A DNA stretch of 64,000 nt from Narcine bancroftii (taxonomy: Eukaryota): assembly GCF_036971445.1 (NCBI RefSeq), contig NC_091475.1, positions 156,612,001 through 156,676,000 on the forward strand, written 5' to 3'. The notes under the pieces were generated by a model. That model saw nothing but the letters and a program-made list of their open reading frames with translations. It did not search any database and was not told the origin of the DNA. The translations under genes were made by a program, and so were the position numbers. Below are positions 37,866 to 52,135 of the stretch, in pieces (position 1 is the stretch's first letter; the number at the start of each line of letters is the position of its first letter).

Positions 37866-40632
37866 TCTGAATCTAAAGCAATTGACTGAAAAAACAAGTT
37901 GGAGGAGCATTTGTCAATAAGGCAGGTGTGCACCACTTGCAAAGAGAATATGCATTAACGTGATCTTTTCTATTCAACATGTGCAGACCCATTTTGCACA
38001 AGGGAAACTGGGTATTGTAATCCAATTCCCATGACACAACTTTATAAAATTAATTTGGATCATGCTTAGCCCCTAATTGGAAAACCATGTCTTAGAATAC
38101 TATTTCCGCTGATGAAGCAACGGTCTTGTGTGATTTGGGGCTATCTAGTCACCTTTGAATCAGCATGTGGGGTTCTGAGCAATGATCATGAAAACCCTTG
38201 CCTTCATTATTAGATCTAACGTGACACTAACTGCCAGCTCAACCCAAAGCCTTCCTATTGCCATTTATTAAAGAAGAACATAAGCATCTGCAAACTTGAA
38301 AACAATGTTAATTACTGAATCTGAGCTCCTTTACATTCAGTGATATATTGTATATCTGCATATTTTCTATAATTAGCTCCACCACTGGGTGGTGATATGA
38401 GAGGTGCCATAGATCTTCTTGTTACTCACTTCTTGCTGTTGGCTGTGAATTTTGTTAAGTATAATCAGGCTGTGCTTCTTGGCAGAATTGTATGTGTAAT
38501 GTACTCTTAATATCAAAATCTGTGCTTTATGAAGAGCAAACTTCTGTCCAAGCTTTTGAAGGGAGAACAAATTACAGGAGTGCTGTTTGTCTCTTTCTCA
38601 ATTGTGTTTTCCATCTCTCGGCTTGTGCTTTTGTGCATAATTTAATTAATCTTCTTTCTGATGTGAATTTAAGTATTATACAGAAATAGATAGCATAAAT
38701 AGCTTTTATCTATCCAGATACTTAGGAATTTGCTAAAATAAAAGTGTTCTTCTTAATGCAAAAAAAATGTGCGAGTCTTCTTAATGAAGAATATGAGTGA
38801 GTCATATTGTTATGTACTTTGAGTTGTTGATTGTATAGTGAATGTCAGTAGAACCTGGAAGAAAATTCTTCGTCTCCCATAGTCATTCAGAAGCAGCAAG
38901 TAGAAAATGTCATGAGTAAAGAAAATAAATTTAAAATGCGGAAACAACTGTGAATAAATAATAAATCAAAATTTGTGTATGATTATTTCACTTTATTCTT
39001 GGAAACAGTTGTCAATCCTTTATTTTCACTTGGGTATAAGAATTTTTGTGAGCTGTTTTCTTTGCCTCATTCTTTGTGGTGCAGGAAGAGAAGGTCAGGG
39101 AGTATGAGACAATGAAATATCTTTTCCTACTGCTTCACATATGCCAGCTATGATTTTTTTGTGTCAGTACTTGGTGGTAAATTCAATTCAGACCAAGCCT
39201 TTCACACAAACGTGCTTCAACCTATCTCTGTCTGATTATGTAAGTGGATTCTGCTGCTTTTACTAATGCAGTATTCATACTGGGACAGCAGTTTTTCTAT
39301 TACAGTTTGCAGTGATCAGAATCATGTCCAGGAACAGCAATACAATGTGTAAAAGACACCAAAAAAGGTAGAAATGGATTTAAAATAAAGGGCAGAAGGG
39401 AGGTGGTGGTGGGGGGGGGGGGGGGGGGGGGAATAGATGACAGTGGAAAACTCAAGTTTATAGAAAAATAGAAATGAAATTGAAGATATGGTGCCATAAA
39501 GAGGAAATGATGAACATGAATTGCAATGGAGAAAAAAAGGACAAAATCTGGGTGCAGAAATTCTGATGACTTGGACAAAGTTAGACATTATACTTTAGAG
39601 TTCCAATGGAGAATGATAGCTAGCACTAACTGAAAGGGAAAATGTCTGCATGTTGTATAAGGAAGATAAAGGGGTGCCAACTTAAACTTCAGGAATAAAT
39701 GGAGCTAAATTGAAATAGGGATTTGTTGGGAGGAAAAATATGCCAATTTCACCTGAAGGTGAAAACTCTATTCTGGCTTAAATAAAGTTGGACACAGAAG
39801 AAGATGTGGGAGACTTTGCAGGAGATTTTTAAAAATGATTCTCTAAAGAAGTGGGAGCTGGGTTCCATAATATCTCTTTGAATTGCATAAAGAACATATA
39901 ACATACTTCTGTATTGAAATGAGATTTCAATATAGGATGGTGATAGTTCAACTTACTTCTCAGGAATGAATGGCTTGGTTTGCTTGTTAAACATTCAAAT
40001 GTCAATTTATTGTTCTTTACTTTTGAGTTAAATATCTACCAAATGTAAACTATAGAAGTGCAAAGAATTAATTTATTTCTAATGCAAAATGTACATTTTT
40101 CCAGAGAAACATGGCTATTGAATTCTATAAAATACTCTGCAAAGATTACAGATTTCCTGCATTAGCTAGTCATTATTTTTTTCATATGACTGAAAGAACA
40201 TTGAATGCAGCTACATCTTACATTATGGAAGCTAAAGGAACTATTTATGTTGGCTTACAATCAAAATCTGTTTTTGCTTGAATTCCATAAAAACGTTTTT
40301 ATTGGTTTATCTGTTGCTCATGTTCCACTATACCTGAATACAAAGAATTCTAATGTTTACATATTGTTGAGAAACAAAAGCATAATTTCTTGGCTAACAT
40401 TTTTTTTAATTCCTCTTCCAATTGATTTAAGTTGGAAATCCTTGTGATCTTCATGTGAGGTAAAAAAAATGTATTCAGAAAGGTTGGGTTAAACCTAAGT
40501 TGAATCTCTCACTGACATCATGTTATAGTTGATCAAATCTAAATCAGTGGATAAAATATTGCTGATACTTTGAATTTATCTGATACATTAAACAGTATTT
40601 CAGAATGCTTTTTTGAGATTTGGGAGTTGAAT

Positions 40633-40845
40633 GGCACGGTTAGCATAGCGGTTAGTGCCAGCTACCGTGGTTCAAATCTGGCACACTCCGTAAGAAGTTT
40701 GTATGTTTTCCCTGTGTGTGCATGGGTTTCCTTCAGGTACTCAAGTTTCCTCCCACCATTCAAAAAAATGCACTGGGGTTGTAGGTTAATTGGTTGTAAT
40801 TGGGTAGCACAGACTCGTCTGTTACCGTGCTGTATGTCTAAATGA
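40633..40845 (+). mobile_element. V-SINE/HE1-like SINE
   Basis: GGCACGGTTAGCATAGCGGTTAG A-box, GGTTCAAATC B-box, V-like core, and tail TGTTACCGTGCTGTATGTCTAAAT. Confidence 0.78.
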
Positions 40846-41059
40846 AACAAAATGTATGCTAGATGATGTCAAATTTCATCTCACCACTGTGATGTGGAGT
40901 TAAATAATGTGAACTACAATATTGATTAATGATCTTGAATTAATTTCAACTAAAAGTGCTGTCAGTTGAAGAATCCTCAAAAGCAGAGTTAACCTTCTTA
41001 ATTTTGATATCATTTGAAATATACTTCAACTAACATCTGATTTCATTCGATTAGGAAAT

Positions 41060-43790
41060 AAGAAAACTAACTCCTTTATTTAAAATGGAGGGAGACGACA
41101 TGCAAAGTCTTCAAACCAGCTAACTTGACATCTATAGTATAGAAAATGTTAGAAGCTTTTTCTAAAGATGTAATAGCAGAGCACTCAGAATAATTCAAGT
41201 TAATCAAGCAAAGTCAACATAGTTTTGTAAGAGGGAAATCAGGTTTGATCAATTTATTGTTCTTTGATGAAGTAACATGCGCTTTAGATATAGCAGAGCC
41301 AGAGAATTACTATACTTGTATTTCCAGGAGACATTTTATGAGTTCTACATAAAAAGATTTTGCAGAAAATTTTAAAAGAAACTCATGGTGTAGAAGGTAA
41401 CACATCTGCATGGACGGACTTAAAAGTTCTTTATCTGGTACGCAGTATTAAATAAATGTGTTCTGCCTGGATCAATATTGGGTCCCAACATTTTACAAGT
41501 TACATAAATAACTTGGATGAGGAGACCAAAGAAACAGGTGAAGTCCTGAAGGAAGAAAATATCAATAATTCAGGCAACTCTTGGCTGGTGAGCTTCGCAT
41601 CAGTGATAGGGATGCTATTGGAGAAGAGACTTAACATTAGGGAAAACATGGCCAGATTAGGGACTTCCGGCATGGCTCTTTGAAGAACTGGTTTGAGTTT
41701 TTCAAGGAGGTGATGAAGGTAGGACAGTAAATTTGTCTTCATGGACTTTATAAGATATTTGACAAGGTCCTTCATAGTAGGCTGATCTCGAAGGTAATGA
41801 TGCATGGGATCCATGGTAAATTGATAGTTTAGATCCAGAACTGCCTTGCCCACAAAAGAAAGAGGGTAGTCTTCTTCTAGCTGGAGGTCAGTGACCAAAG
41901 GTATTTCACTCAGATCAATGCTATGAACCCTGTTCATGATATGTATGTAAATGACTTGGATGAAAAAGTAGATGGATGGATTAGTAAGTTTGTAGATGTC
42001 ACAAAGATTGAAGGAGTCATGGACAGTGCAGAAGGTCACCAAAGGAACCAGCAAGCTATCAATTGGTTACAGAAATGGGAAAAGAAATGGCAGAGTATAA
42101 TCTGAGCAAGAACATTTTGCACTTTGGGAGGTCAAAAGCAAGGGGAAAGTACACAGCTAATAAGAAGACCCTTAACAGCATTAATGTATAGAAGAATCTA
42201 GAAGTCCAATTCCATAACTTCCTGCAAGTGGCCACAGAAGTAGATAGGGTGGTAAAGGAGGACAAGGATTTGAGAATAAGAGTAAGGAAATCATATTGCA
42301 GCTACATCAAACTTTGGTTTGGCTGCACTTGGGCAATACTGTGGGCAATTCTGGTTATCCCATTACAGGAAGGATGTGAGGCCTTTAGAAGAGTACAGAA
42401 GAAATTTGCTGTGGTGAATCTATGTTGAGTTGTCAGTCTCTCACTGTCACTTAGTCTACTTTACTGGCATTGGACGTGTATTATCTCTACCACTAAAGAC
42501 ACTCCCCTTGGGTATAACTGTGTATGCACCCATTGTCTTACATTATTGTACCACTAGTTTCTGCTGATAAAAGCCATGATTACTGGTTAACTACACAGGC
42601 TTCGTCTTCTTCATTAATTGGCACTTCATTTGCCAGGATGTTTTTTTTTGTCTGAACTATAGGAGATGAGCTAGTAGGATGCTAGAAGTTTGGTGAATGT
42701 AGGTTGTTTTCTCTGGAACAGTGAAGGCTGAGAGAATACTTGGTAGGAGTTTATAAAATTATGAGAGAATAGGGTAGAGAGTCAGAATCTTTTTCCAAGA
42801 GTAAAACCATCAAATACTGGAGGGCATGCATTTAAGGAGAGAAGGGGAAAGTTTAAAGGAAATCTTCAGGCCAAGCATTCTGCACAGATGCAAAGAATGG
42901 ACTGGCATGTGTGGTGGTGGAAGCTTAAACAATGAATAGTATGATTTATAATTTGCTGATGCCACAGGTAGGAAAGTAATTTACATAAGGAACTACTAAG
43001 AAATATTTGAATGACTAAAGATGTAGCAAATTGTGCATTTTAGAAATAGAGGTAAATGATTTAAATGGTGAGAGATTGTAGAATTCTGAGTTGCAGAGGA
43101 ATGTGTATGTGCAAATTCCTAGAATTAAAATGCAGACGTACCAAGTAGTTAGGAAAGTTAAAACAATATTATTGATTATTACCAGGGAAATGTAATTCCT
43201 AATATTTGTTGTTATTGCTACAGTATTTGTTTCCTTATTTAAGTAAAGATGTAAATGTTTTGGAAGTAGTTCAGAGAAGCTTTACTAAGACCAATGCCTA
43301 CAGCAGGTCTGTTGTGTATTGAGGAAAGTTGGACACGTTAGGGTTTGGCTACATCATTAAAGAATTTCAGTGCATAATTATGTTACTTATGTTTATGATA
43401 ATAAACATTATTGTTATCATCATGTTTTCTACTGAATTTAGAAGAGTGAGAGATGACAACTATGATTCTGAAAAGGCTTGATAGGGTGAAGAGAATGCTT
43501 CCTTGTGGGAGAATATAGAAGTAAGGAGACATTGTTCAAAAATAAGGGTTTATCCATTTATAGTTAGACAAAGAGGGTTGTAAGTCTTTTGCTTTGTGAG
43601 AGGCAGGTCGTGTCTTACAATTTTAAGTGAATTTTTTAAAGAGGTGATAAAGATGGTTGATGAGGGTAAGGTAGTAGATGTTGTCTACATGGACTTTAGT
43701 AAGGCGTTTGATAAAAGTCCTTCACTATTTTTAAGACAAGAACAGATGGATTCTTTTAAATGAAAAGCTACTGGAGGCAGGCTTGAATGC
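41060..43790 (+). mobile_element. Cluster of nested, decayed CR1 LINEs
   Basis: YVNDLDEKVDGWISKFVDVTKI, VDVVYMDFSKAFD (43672-43715), and repeated ORF2 C-terminal text. Confidence 0.75.
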
Positions 43791-43824
43791 AGAGTTGGGT
43801 TTACAGTCAGATACACAGATGTGT

Positions 43825-44035
43825 GGCATGGTAGCACAACATTATTACAGTGGCGGAGACCTATGTTTGAATCTGATGCTATCTGTAAGAAGTTATTACG
43901 CTCTCCCCATGACATGTATAGGTCTTCTCTGGATGCTCCAAAAGTGTAGAGGGTTGGTAAATTAATTGAGAATTATTGGGTGGCACAGGTTTCTTGGGTC
44001 AGAAGGTTCTACCACTCTGTATCATTTTTTTTAAA
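43825..44035 (+). mobile_element. Degenerate V-SINE/HE1-like SINE
   Basis: Decayed copy of the same head, core and tail. Confidence 0.55.
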
Positions 44036-47000
44036 TTAGAAAATGGTGAAACATAGAGGGGAGGAGCAGGTGACCCTATTTCTCCTCTTAATTTATATAT
44101 TCATTGTGTACAATATTCCCAAGATCTGTCAATTTCAGAGTTGTCTCCCCTAGCTAATTATCTGAACAAACAATCTGGTCTGTTTTTGCTGGTATTCTGA
44201 CTTATTGGCTCCTGGTTTGTTATGAAAGGATACTATTTTTCTTTTAAACCTCAGTTTAAAATTGTTGACATTTCCTTATTAATAGTAACAAAAACTAGAG
44301 AATGTAAACCTGAGAATGAGTCACTTCAAGGAAATGATGCAAATGATGAGGAAAGCTGCAAAATACTGTGCCTCACATGGCCAATTTGTAAGATGTCATT
44401 TTCAAGCTTCTTGCTTCCAGTGTCAATCTGTCCCCTGAGAAAATTTGGAAGAGTGGCCAGCAATACTTTAGTGGGCATTTTAAATTACTAGGACGACCTC
44501 TTCAAACAATTGCCATCATTATAAATATTCAAAAACTGCTATTGCATTCGGAATACCAGAATGGTTAAAAAAAGATAATAGTATAGTATCTGTCTCAAAA
44601 TTCTAGTTTGAAAGACAATTTTTCTTACAAGTATTGGTCTTGATTCTGTGGTCAAAGACAAAGCAATAGCTCTAAAGAAACTAGTCCACAAAGACCAAGT
44701 AAAATCTATGGTATGGGCTTCCCCTTTACCAATGTTGAATATTGTCAGATGTTGATTTTAGAAAGGAGATGATATCATTGTTATTAGCTGAGCTCTGGTC
44801 CCGTTGAAAACTCTTACCAACCACAATAGGTAAGCCAAAGACACAACTTTTCATTCACTGAACCTGAGGTAAAGATTGAAGCAGGTTGACAAGATCAAGG
44901 CAGCTGATGAAATACAAACAAATTATTAAAAAGAATAAAGAAAATGCTTTTTTAAAAAGTCCACAGAATTTTGAAATAAAATTAAAAGGGAATAATCATC
45001 AACAAAAAAACTGATTATGAATGAGCTAGAGAGATTACTGAATAATTATTGGTTCCCATTGGATATTTTATTGCTATATTTGTTCATAAATATCGGCCGA
45101 TATAAAAAATTTCATTGATTTCTTCAAAATTAAGCAGAAGATGCTTTTAAAGAAATTGATCCTGAGAAGAAAGGGAACTATTGACAGCAACACCTGGATC
45201 TTTATGTTTAACTATACAAGTGTATTCTCCAAAAATTGCAACACATTTTGTTTTGTAATAATGGCAGCCACTGACAATTTCATCACTGGTACCTTTGCAA
45301 AAACATAGGTTATTAGAATTTAATCAATAGAAGGAAAGGCAAACTGTGAAAAAATAGATATGAATGAGGAATAGGAGCAGATACATTGAGTTGGATGGTT
45401 ATCGATCTATCAAAGTATGTTATGTTGTATAAACTTTATATGCAAATATATAGGGCTGATATTTGCCCCTGTCTAAACCTGCTGGAAAAACCAGCCTAAT
45501 TCTTGGTGGCAAGTCCCTGTGCAGCAGGAGGGATTTTCATGATGTATAAGGCATTATACACTGGTGGAGGTAAATACGACCCACCTAATATCAATACCTT
45601 CAATGTTTCTACAAGTCAGAAACATTGAAAAACAACTCAAGTTAGGGCATCTCTTCAATGACTTTAAACATTAACCAAATTTAAGCAATAGAAAAAAAAT
45701 CACTCCTGTAAAACTAAAACAAAATCAATTGAAATAATTAAAATAATCTATTTTGCAATTTTGGAATTGGCACATTTGCACAGAAAAGATAAAGCGATTG
45801 TTACTTATGTGGAACAATGTCAGTAAATGTCAGCAATGCATTTCTACCATGATGTAGTACAGTAGTAAAACTTCAGTCAAAAATGATCTTTTTCCTTGCA
45901 TGTATCTGTAACATCATTGCACATGGTGATCAGTATGATTTCTTATCTATTGTTGTGAGGGTGCACTTTATCACTGGTAACTTCCAAAAGATGGAGCAGA
46001 ATTTGGCCCCTTAGCCCTTTGCACCTCTTCAGTTTAATCTTTTACTGGAGTGCCACCTGTAACATGCCCTTCAAACTCAGTGATTTAGTCTCCATAATCC
46101 TTCTTAGGTGAAGAATTGCAAGAATTCACTTCATCCTGGATGAATAAATCTCTTATAATTTCAATGCTGATTGGTTGGATTGTATTCCCTTGTTTTTGAA
46201 ATCCCAGGTGGGAGGGTGTAATCCCTTTATCTGTCCATCAACTCCCTTTATCTGTCCATCAACCCCCATTCCAATGTTAAAAGTTGCAATGGAATCAACA
46301 CTCTTTGTTCTAAATTCTAGTCAAGGAATCTCTCATGAATAGACGATTCTTTGATCCTAAATTCCAATCTGGTGAACTTTCATCAGAATCCCCCTACCAT
46401 GAGTATAATATTTGTTAGGTAAGAAAACCAAACCTGTAAAAGATATTCCAGGTACAGCGTCACTGGAGCTGTTTATTACTGTAGTGGTACATACTCAAAT
46501 CTGGCATTCCAATGATCTTGCAGTGAAGTCAAATGTAACATTTGTTTCAGCTTAAAATTATCTGCTGGAGGAACACAGTAGAGTCAGACAGCATCAGTGG
46601 GAGAAAAAAATTAATGGTCTATATATCAGGTCAGAAACTTTCATCAAAACTGAATTTGCTTTTCCAGTCACTTACTGCGTATTGACGTAGTCTGCTTAAC
46701 ATCTCCCCCGCAGGACAATGCAGCCGTCCTAGGAATCAATCTTGGGAGTCTTAACACATTCTCTCTATTGTAGTTATTTTTACTTGCATCGGAAAATCAT
46801 ACACTATTTCATGATACTCTCACAAGCTTTCTATCGTCAATAATTTGGCCTTTCCTTGATCCATTTGGGCATTGACTTGCTTATGCTGAAAGCCAGGTGT
46901 TTATTTGTTACTATAGTTTTATGGAAAATGTGGCTTAATAATGGTGAAGTATATCAGAAATACATGACTAGTCCGTGAAACCTGCCTACCTAGTATATTT

Positions 47001-48639
47001 GTGACATTATGTTCTGTTCACTCACTGCCAAGAACTCAAAGCGTACTTTTAATCTGATTCTCATGCTGTTTTAACACTGAACCAGATCTTTCCTTTTTTA
47101 TTATAATTGGTCTGATTGTAATTGGCCTCTGGGCTTCTTTGATTCTTTTTATTAGTCCTCCCACTCATAAAGTGATATTACTGGAAGCAGAACGGCACTT
47201 GTGTGTGCTTTTGTTACTATGACCTCAGTACATTTACAATTTAAGAACGGTGTGTGCTTCATGTGGGTCTCTTTGTGTTACTCTGTCTGACAAAGCATCT
47301 TCAACTTGGTCTGTTTTGTTTTGACTTTTTATTTGGGATAGAACAGTTCAAGGTGGATGAGTAGCAAGGAGATGAAGCATCAGCCTCAGGGGAGGGGTGC
47401 TGCCTGAGCCGAGGACTTCTGTTATACCTTCTCGAGAGAGAGAGCAATTTTTGTCCTTTCCAATTTAGAGAAGTGACCACTGACACTCCTGAAGCTGGCA
47501 ATCTTTCCACGTCTAACATGTTTGATTGGCGATATCCTGGTATTTCTAGAGAACCAATTTCTTGCATCCCTTCCCCTTTTATAAGACCAAGAGAAATTTC
47601 TGAGAAATTTGTTCCGGCTTCCTACTCCTTTCAGATTTCCTTTTAATATTTTCAAAATAAAAACAAGGGATGTAATCTCATTTTTAGAGATCTATCTCCA
47701 CTGAAATAGGCTTCCGACTAATCGGCTTGAAATTGTGACTGGAAAGCAGGAAGGTTTTCTGTTGGATTAGCTAATTTAATAAGAAGCTATATGTGGTAGG
47801 ATTATAATGAATCTCTAGAGGAAAGCATGTCAAATTTAAATTGGAGTGAAAGTTGACTGCAACTAAAGTTAACTTACTAAAAATGGCAGAAACATGAAAA
47901 TTGAATATAAAATATTGTGTCCAGTCTTTGGTCTTTACTCCAGATCATGAAAGTAAATAAGAATTAGCTTCATGCCTATCAGATAGGATCAAATAATCCT
48001 TGATTGCTCCAAGTTGTCCCCATCCATGAGTGATTGCTTAACTGTGTAAAAAGGTGAGTTTAGAGTGGACTACCTTCTGTCAGCTTCTCTTGCTTTTCCT
48101 ATGATCATTTTGTCCTTGAAGAAAATTGTAAATAATGTATCTCAACAAATATTCAGTCTTTCACAAAAATGAATCTGGTGGGCACGATGGCAGGTACCTA
48201 CATTTACTTGAAAGTTCACTGCATCAGACCTGCTATATAGTATCATTGGTGCCCTGGACTTTGCCCTTTGAAATCTATTCTGCTGAGTACCACTCAGTGC
48301 CTTTTATGTTAAATATGAAGAGTTGTCAAAAAAGTGTTTTAGAGTGAGAATGAAGATAGGAATGTATAAGTAATATTTTAAATACCATTAGATCATAAGA
48401 ATCAGATACAATTATGTTGATTTAGAGGCTTTCAATCAGGCAATTAAGTAGGCAAGGCATTCCGATCAAATACAGGCAAAGGAGATTAGAGTCGATGGGT
48501 GAAAGAATGAGCATGAACATGGTGGGCTAAAAGGGCCATTTCTATGCTGTACACTGCAGTGACCATATAAGTCTTGATGCAATTTTTAGATATTCCACCT
48601 ATTGTCAAATATAGATTCCCTTTTAATTTTTAAACAGTT

Positions 48640-48882
48640 TTTAAAAATTTAGATATACTGTACAGCACGGTAACAGGCCATTTCAGCCCACGAGTTCATG
48701 CCACCCAATTTATACCCAATTAACCTATGTAGATGGTGGGAGGTAACCAGAGCCCCCAGGGAAAACCCACATAGACACGGGGAGAGCATACAAACTCTTC
48801 ATTGACAGCGTGAGATTCAAAGCCCGATCCTGATCACTGGAGCTGTAAAGGCATTGCGCTAACCACTACGCCAACTGTGCCA
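48640..48882 (-). mobile_element. V-SINE/HE1-like SINE, near full length
   Basis: Ends CGCTAACCACTACGCCAACTGTGCC (reverse A-box), with core GGAAAACCCACATAGACACGGGGAGAGCATACAAACTC. Confidence 0.8.
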
Positions 48883-48914
48883 CAACCAACATCCTATTAA
48901 AAGGATGTTATTAA

Positions 48915-50525
48915 GGTTGAAGGTTCCTTTTATTGTCACATAATAATACATTAAAAATGTGATATACTTCAACTTTTATCTGCCATAAGGCAAATAACTG
49001 TGTAATGCCTTGAGCATTGCCCGGTGCCCCTAGTAATAGGAGAAAGAGAAGCAAAAGAGAGTCCCATCAGAAGCTTTGGGTATCTGTGGATTTGCTTCTA
49101 GTGCTCCCGCTGCCTCTGCGGCCACAGACTCCACTTCAAACCGTCAGCAACCAGAGCTCCAGATCCAAACTTCCAATATGATCAGGAAGCCTTCAGTGCC
49201 TCAGGCACTTCAGGAGTCCTTCTTACCCTTTGCACCTTCTTGAATCCTGGTTCCAATATCTGGTTCCCATAAGCCAGTTCCAGGAGCCTGCAGCCTGTGT
49301 GGGTCGTTTCAGCTGCAAATCGCGAGCAGCCCATAAGCTGTTTGAGTCCTTAAACTGCTGAGGCGCTCACTGGCCTGCTGCATAGTCACCATCTCCTATG
49401 CTTCTACTTCTCAATCGTGGGGGTGGTGGTGTTCTTCCCAATTCTATTCCTGTCCACCGGTCTGCTGCTTCCCAGAGTCTGCAACACCTTGTGGTGTGAT
49501 GCCCAACACAGGCACCCCCATCTTGGGCACAAACCCCATGGTTAAAAAAATGTCGGCTACTTAATCATGCATTAAAGCATGTATGGAACTGACAGTATTA
49601 CGACCAAGCAGTAGGACCTTGCAAAGCTGCACTTGTCTTCGCTCTCCACTCTCCTAGGTCTGCACCAACAGCAGCACTGCCATATTTTTATCAAGTAAAA
49701 TCAACTTAGTTGTATGAAAGTAAGCACGTTTAACAAATGTAGTGAAGTTCTTTGAAAATGTTACACAGAAGGTGGGTAAAGTAACAAGATCAAGCATCAT
49801 TTATTGTACACAAAATACACAATATTTGTTTTCCTTTTTTACCCTGTAAAGGTACACAAGGAGGTGCCAATAGTCCATTGCCCTTATCAAGATAAGAAGG
49901 AAAAGCAAAAGGGAGTCCTTTAAGAGACATTGAGTGTCAGTGGACCCTGCTATGCATAGTCACATGGCCTCTTGTCCATTCCAGCAGTGAACCTAGACTT
50001 GAAGCATCCCATTTACCCACCACACCCCTAGTTCCAAACCTCTGATGTGATTAAGCTGTCAGCACCCGAGGCTCTTTAGGAGTCCTGCTTGCCATTGACT
50101 CCCACTCCTGCTACCTGGTTTTCAGAACCCAGTCGCCAGCAACCCACAGACCAGCGTGAGTCCTTTGGCTGCTGAGCCACACGCTGCTCTTCTGCTGTGA
50201 TGCCCTTCCCTGTAGAGTCTGCTCCCAGGCTCCTGTTTGTTGACATGGTGTGTTCTCCCGCTCTGGGATCTGTAACACTCTGCTGCTCCTTCTAAGCCCA
50301 CAATCATCATAGTCTGGACTGTCAAGCGTGGGCATTTCCATCTTGGGCATGAACGCCCAGGTTCTTCAATGTAAAAATACTGCCAGCTTAATTTTTCAGG
50401 CAATTTAAATATATGGAGCCATAAGGCATTGAAGGATGTCTTTTCCACTCCTCCCGCTCTTCCCAGGTTTGTACTAGCAACAGCACTGCCGTTACGGCAA
50501 CTATAGCAGCACCGCTATCTTGATT
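48915..50525 (-). mobile_element. Two tandem, diverged copies of a ~750-bp non-coding retroposon-like repeat (48915-49690 and 49790-50525)
   Basis: Both start with TTTATTGT (AATAAA on -), share CATTGCCC...AAGCAAAAG.GAGTCC and CCATCTTGGGCA blocks, and end in ...GCACTGCCATATT / GCACCGCTATCTTG (AAGATGGCG-like 5' end on -). Confidence 0.5.
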
Positions 50526-51510
50526 ATATGTGATATATTTTCAGAGAGCATTCAATAAGTTTTCACATAAAGCATGACTGCACAAGCAAGAGATCATGAC
50601 ATTGGGTGAAGGATTAGATAGCAGAAACAGAGAGTTGAGATAATTGAATCATTTTCAGATTGGCAAGCTGTAACTTGTGGAGTATTACAGACCTCAACTA
50701 CCTGCATTCTGTATGAATAACTTAGAAGAAGGGACTGGATGTACTGTGGCCAAATCTGCTAGATACTGTAGATGGGTGAAGCCAAGAAGTGGAAAGGTTA
50801 AGTGTTAGGAGTTGTCCGTCAGGTAGGTGGGAAGAGGGTTGGAGGGGAAACATAAAGTTATGCAGTTGTTGACTTTGGCAGGAAGAATAGATGAAAAAAA
50901 AATGGAAAGAAGCCACAAAATGATGCTGAAGTGAGGCATTTGGATGTCCTTGTACATGAAACATTGGAAATGCAGGCAATTAGAAAGGCAAATGGAATAT
51001 TGACCTTTATTGCAAAGGGGATGAAGTATAAAAGTAGGGAAGCTTGTATGCTGCTTTGTTCTTGTTCAAAGAGAGATATTCTTACATAATGAGCAGTTCA
51101 AAGTTTTGCTTTGATTAATTCCCAGGCTAAAGAGATTGACTTATAAGGATCTTGTTGGAGTTTTGAAGAAAAAAGATTCTGAGAGGCCTTAGCATACCAA
51201 GAATATTCCTCTTGCAGTGGAATCTCAAATGAGAGAAAATAATTTCAGAATAAAGTGTTGCCTATTTAAGACAGAGGTGAGGAGAAATGTCTTCTCTTAA
51301 AGGATCATTAAGTGTGGAGGTGATTCGATGAATATATTAGTAGCTGAGAAGTCTCAATCACTGAATTCAAAGCCAAGATAGACAGATTTTTGTTCAACAG
51401 GGGAGTCAAAAATTGTAGAGTTTAGGTGGGCAACCAGAGATGAGGCCAACTGATCAACCTTGATCTTGTTAACTAGAAGCTCAGGGGATCGAATGTCATA
51501 CTCCTCTTAC
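50526..51510 (+). mobile_element. Decayed CR1 LINE
   Basis: FSDWQAVTCGV and NNLEEGTGCTVAK-like RT text, AIRKANGILTFIAKG, and a CR1-type 3' UTR. Confidence 0.7.
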
Positions 51511-51917
51511 ATGGCACAAACACAGAGTTGTTTACTAATCGGCCTTTGCAATCCTCCACAGAAATAAACAAAATGTTCCAGAATGTCTGTCTCTCTCATC
51601 ACCACTGCAATATTTAACTATTCATTAATCTCAACCTCAGGTTGTGTCACCTCATTTCTTTCAAGCAATAATAAACATGTTGTATTTTTAGTTTCTTCAG
51701 ATTTTCAGTGAATAGAATTCCAGGGAAGATTTTACTTTTTTTAAAGTGGTGTATCTTCATTACTGCTCAGCTCTGCTCTCCTTGCACACCCACCCCAACC
51801 ACCCCAGCTCCATCTGCTCACCCGTATCAATGTGCATTGATTAAAATGTTCGTCCGCAGAGTTTCTTTCTGAGGATGAGAATCCACAGAATAAGAAGAGC
51901 AGGGATTATAGATGTGA

Positions 51918-52135
51918 AAACAGAAAATGCTGAAGTAGCTCAGCAGGTCAGGCAGTACCTGTGGGAAGAAAAACAAATGTGTTGTATTGATGCACTTTCG
52001 TCAAAACAGCTGACCCTTCATCGGAACAGATCCTTCCATGGTTCCGATGAAGCATTTTTGACCTGACCAACTGAGTGTAATTCCAGCATTTTATTTTTGT
52101 GTAATTTCACACTTGCAACATCTGCAGTTTTTCAA
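51918..52135. repeat. Short palindromic Penelope-terminus-like repeat
   Basis: AAAATGCTGAAG..CTCAGCAGGTCAGG arm and its inverse TGACCTG..CTGAG..CCAGCATTTT, with an inner perfect stem CTTCATCGGAAC / GTTCCGATGAAG. Confidence 0.6.

Noticed and set aside
39408-39431. Poly-G run as a functional G-quadruplex
   Set aside because: It lies in a decayed Penelope-like purine-rich tract, homopolymer length is unreliable, and there is no independent support.
41500-42054. 184-aa minus-strand ORF as a host gene
   Set aside because: It is antisense to decayed CR1 RT sequence.
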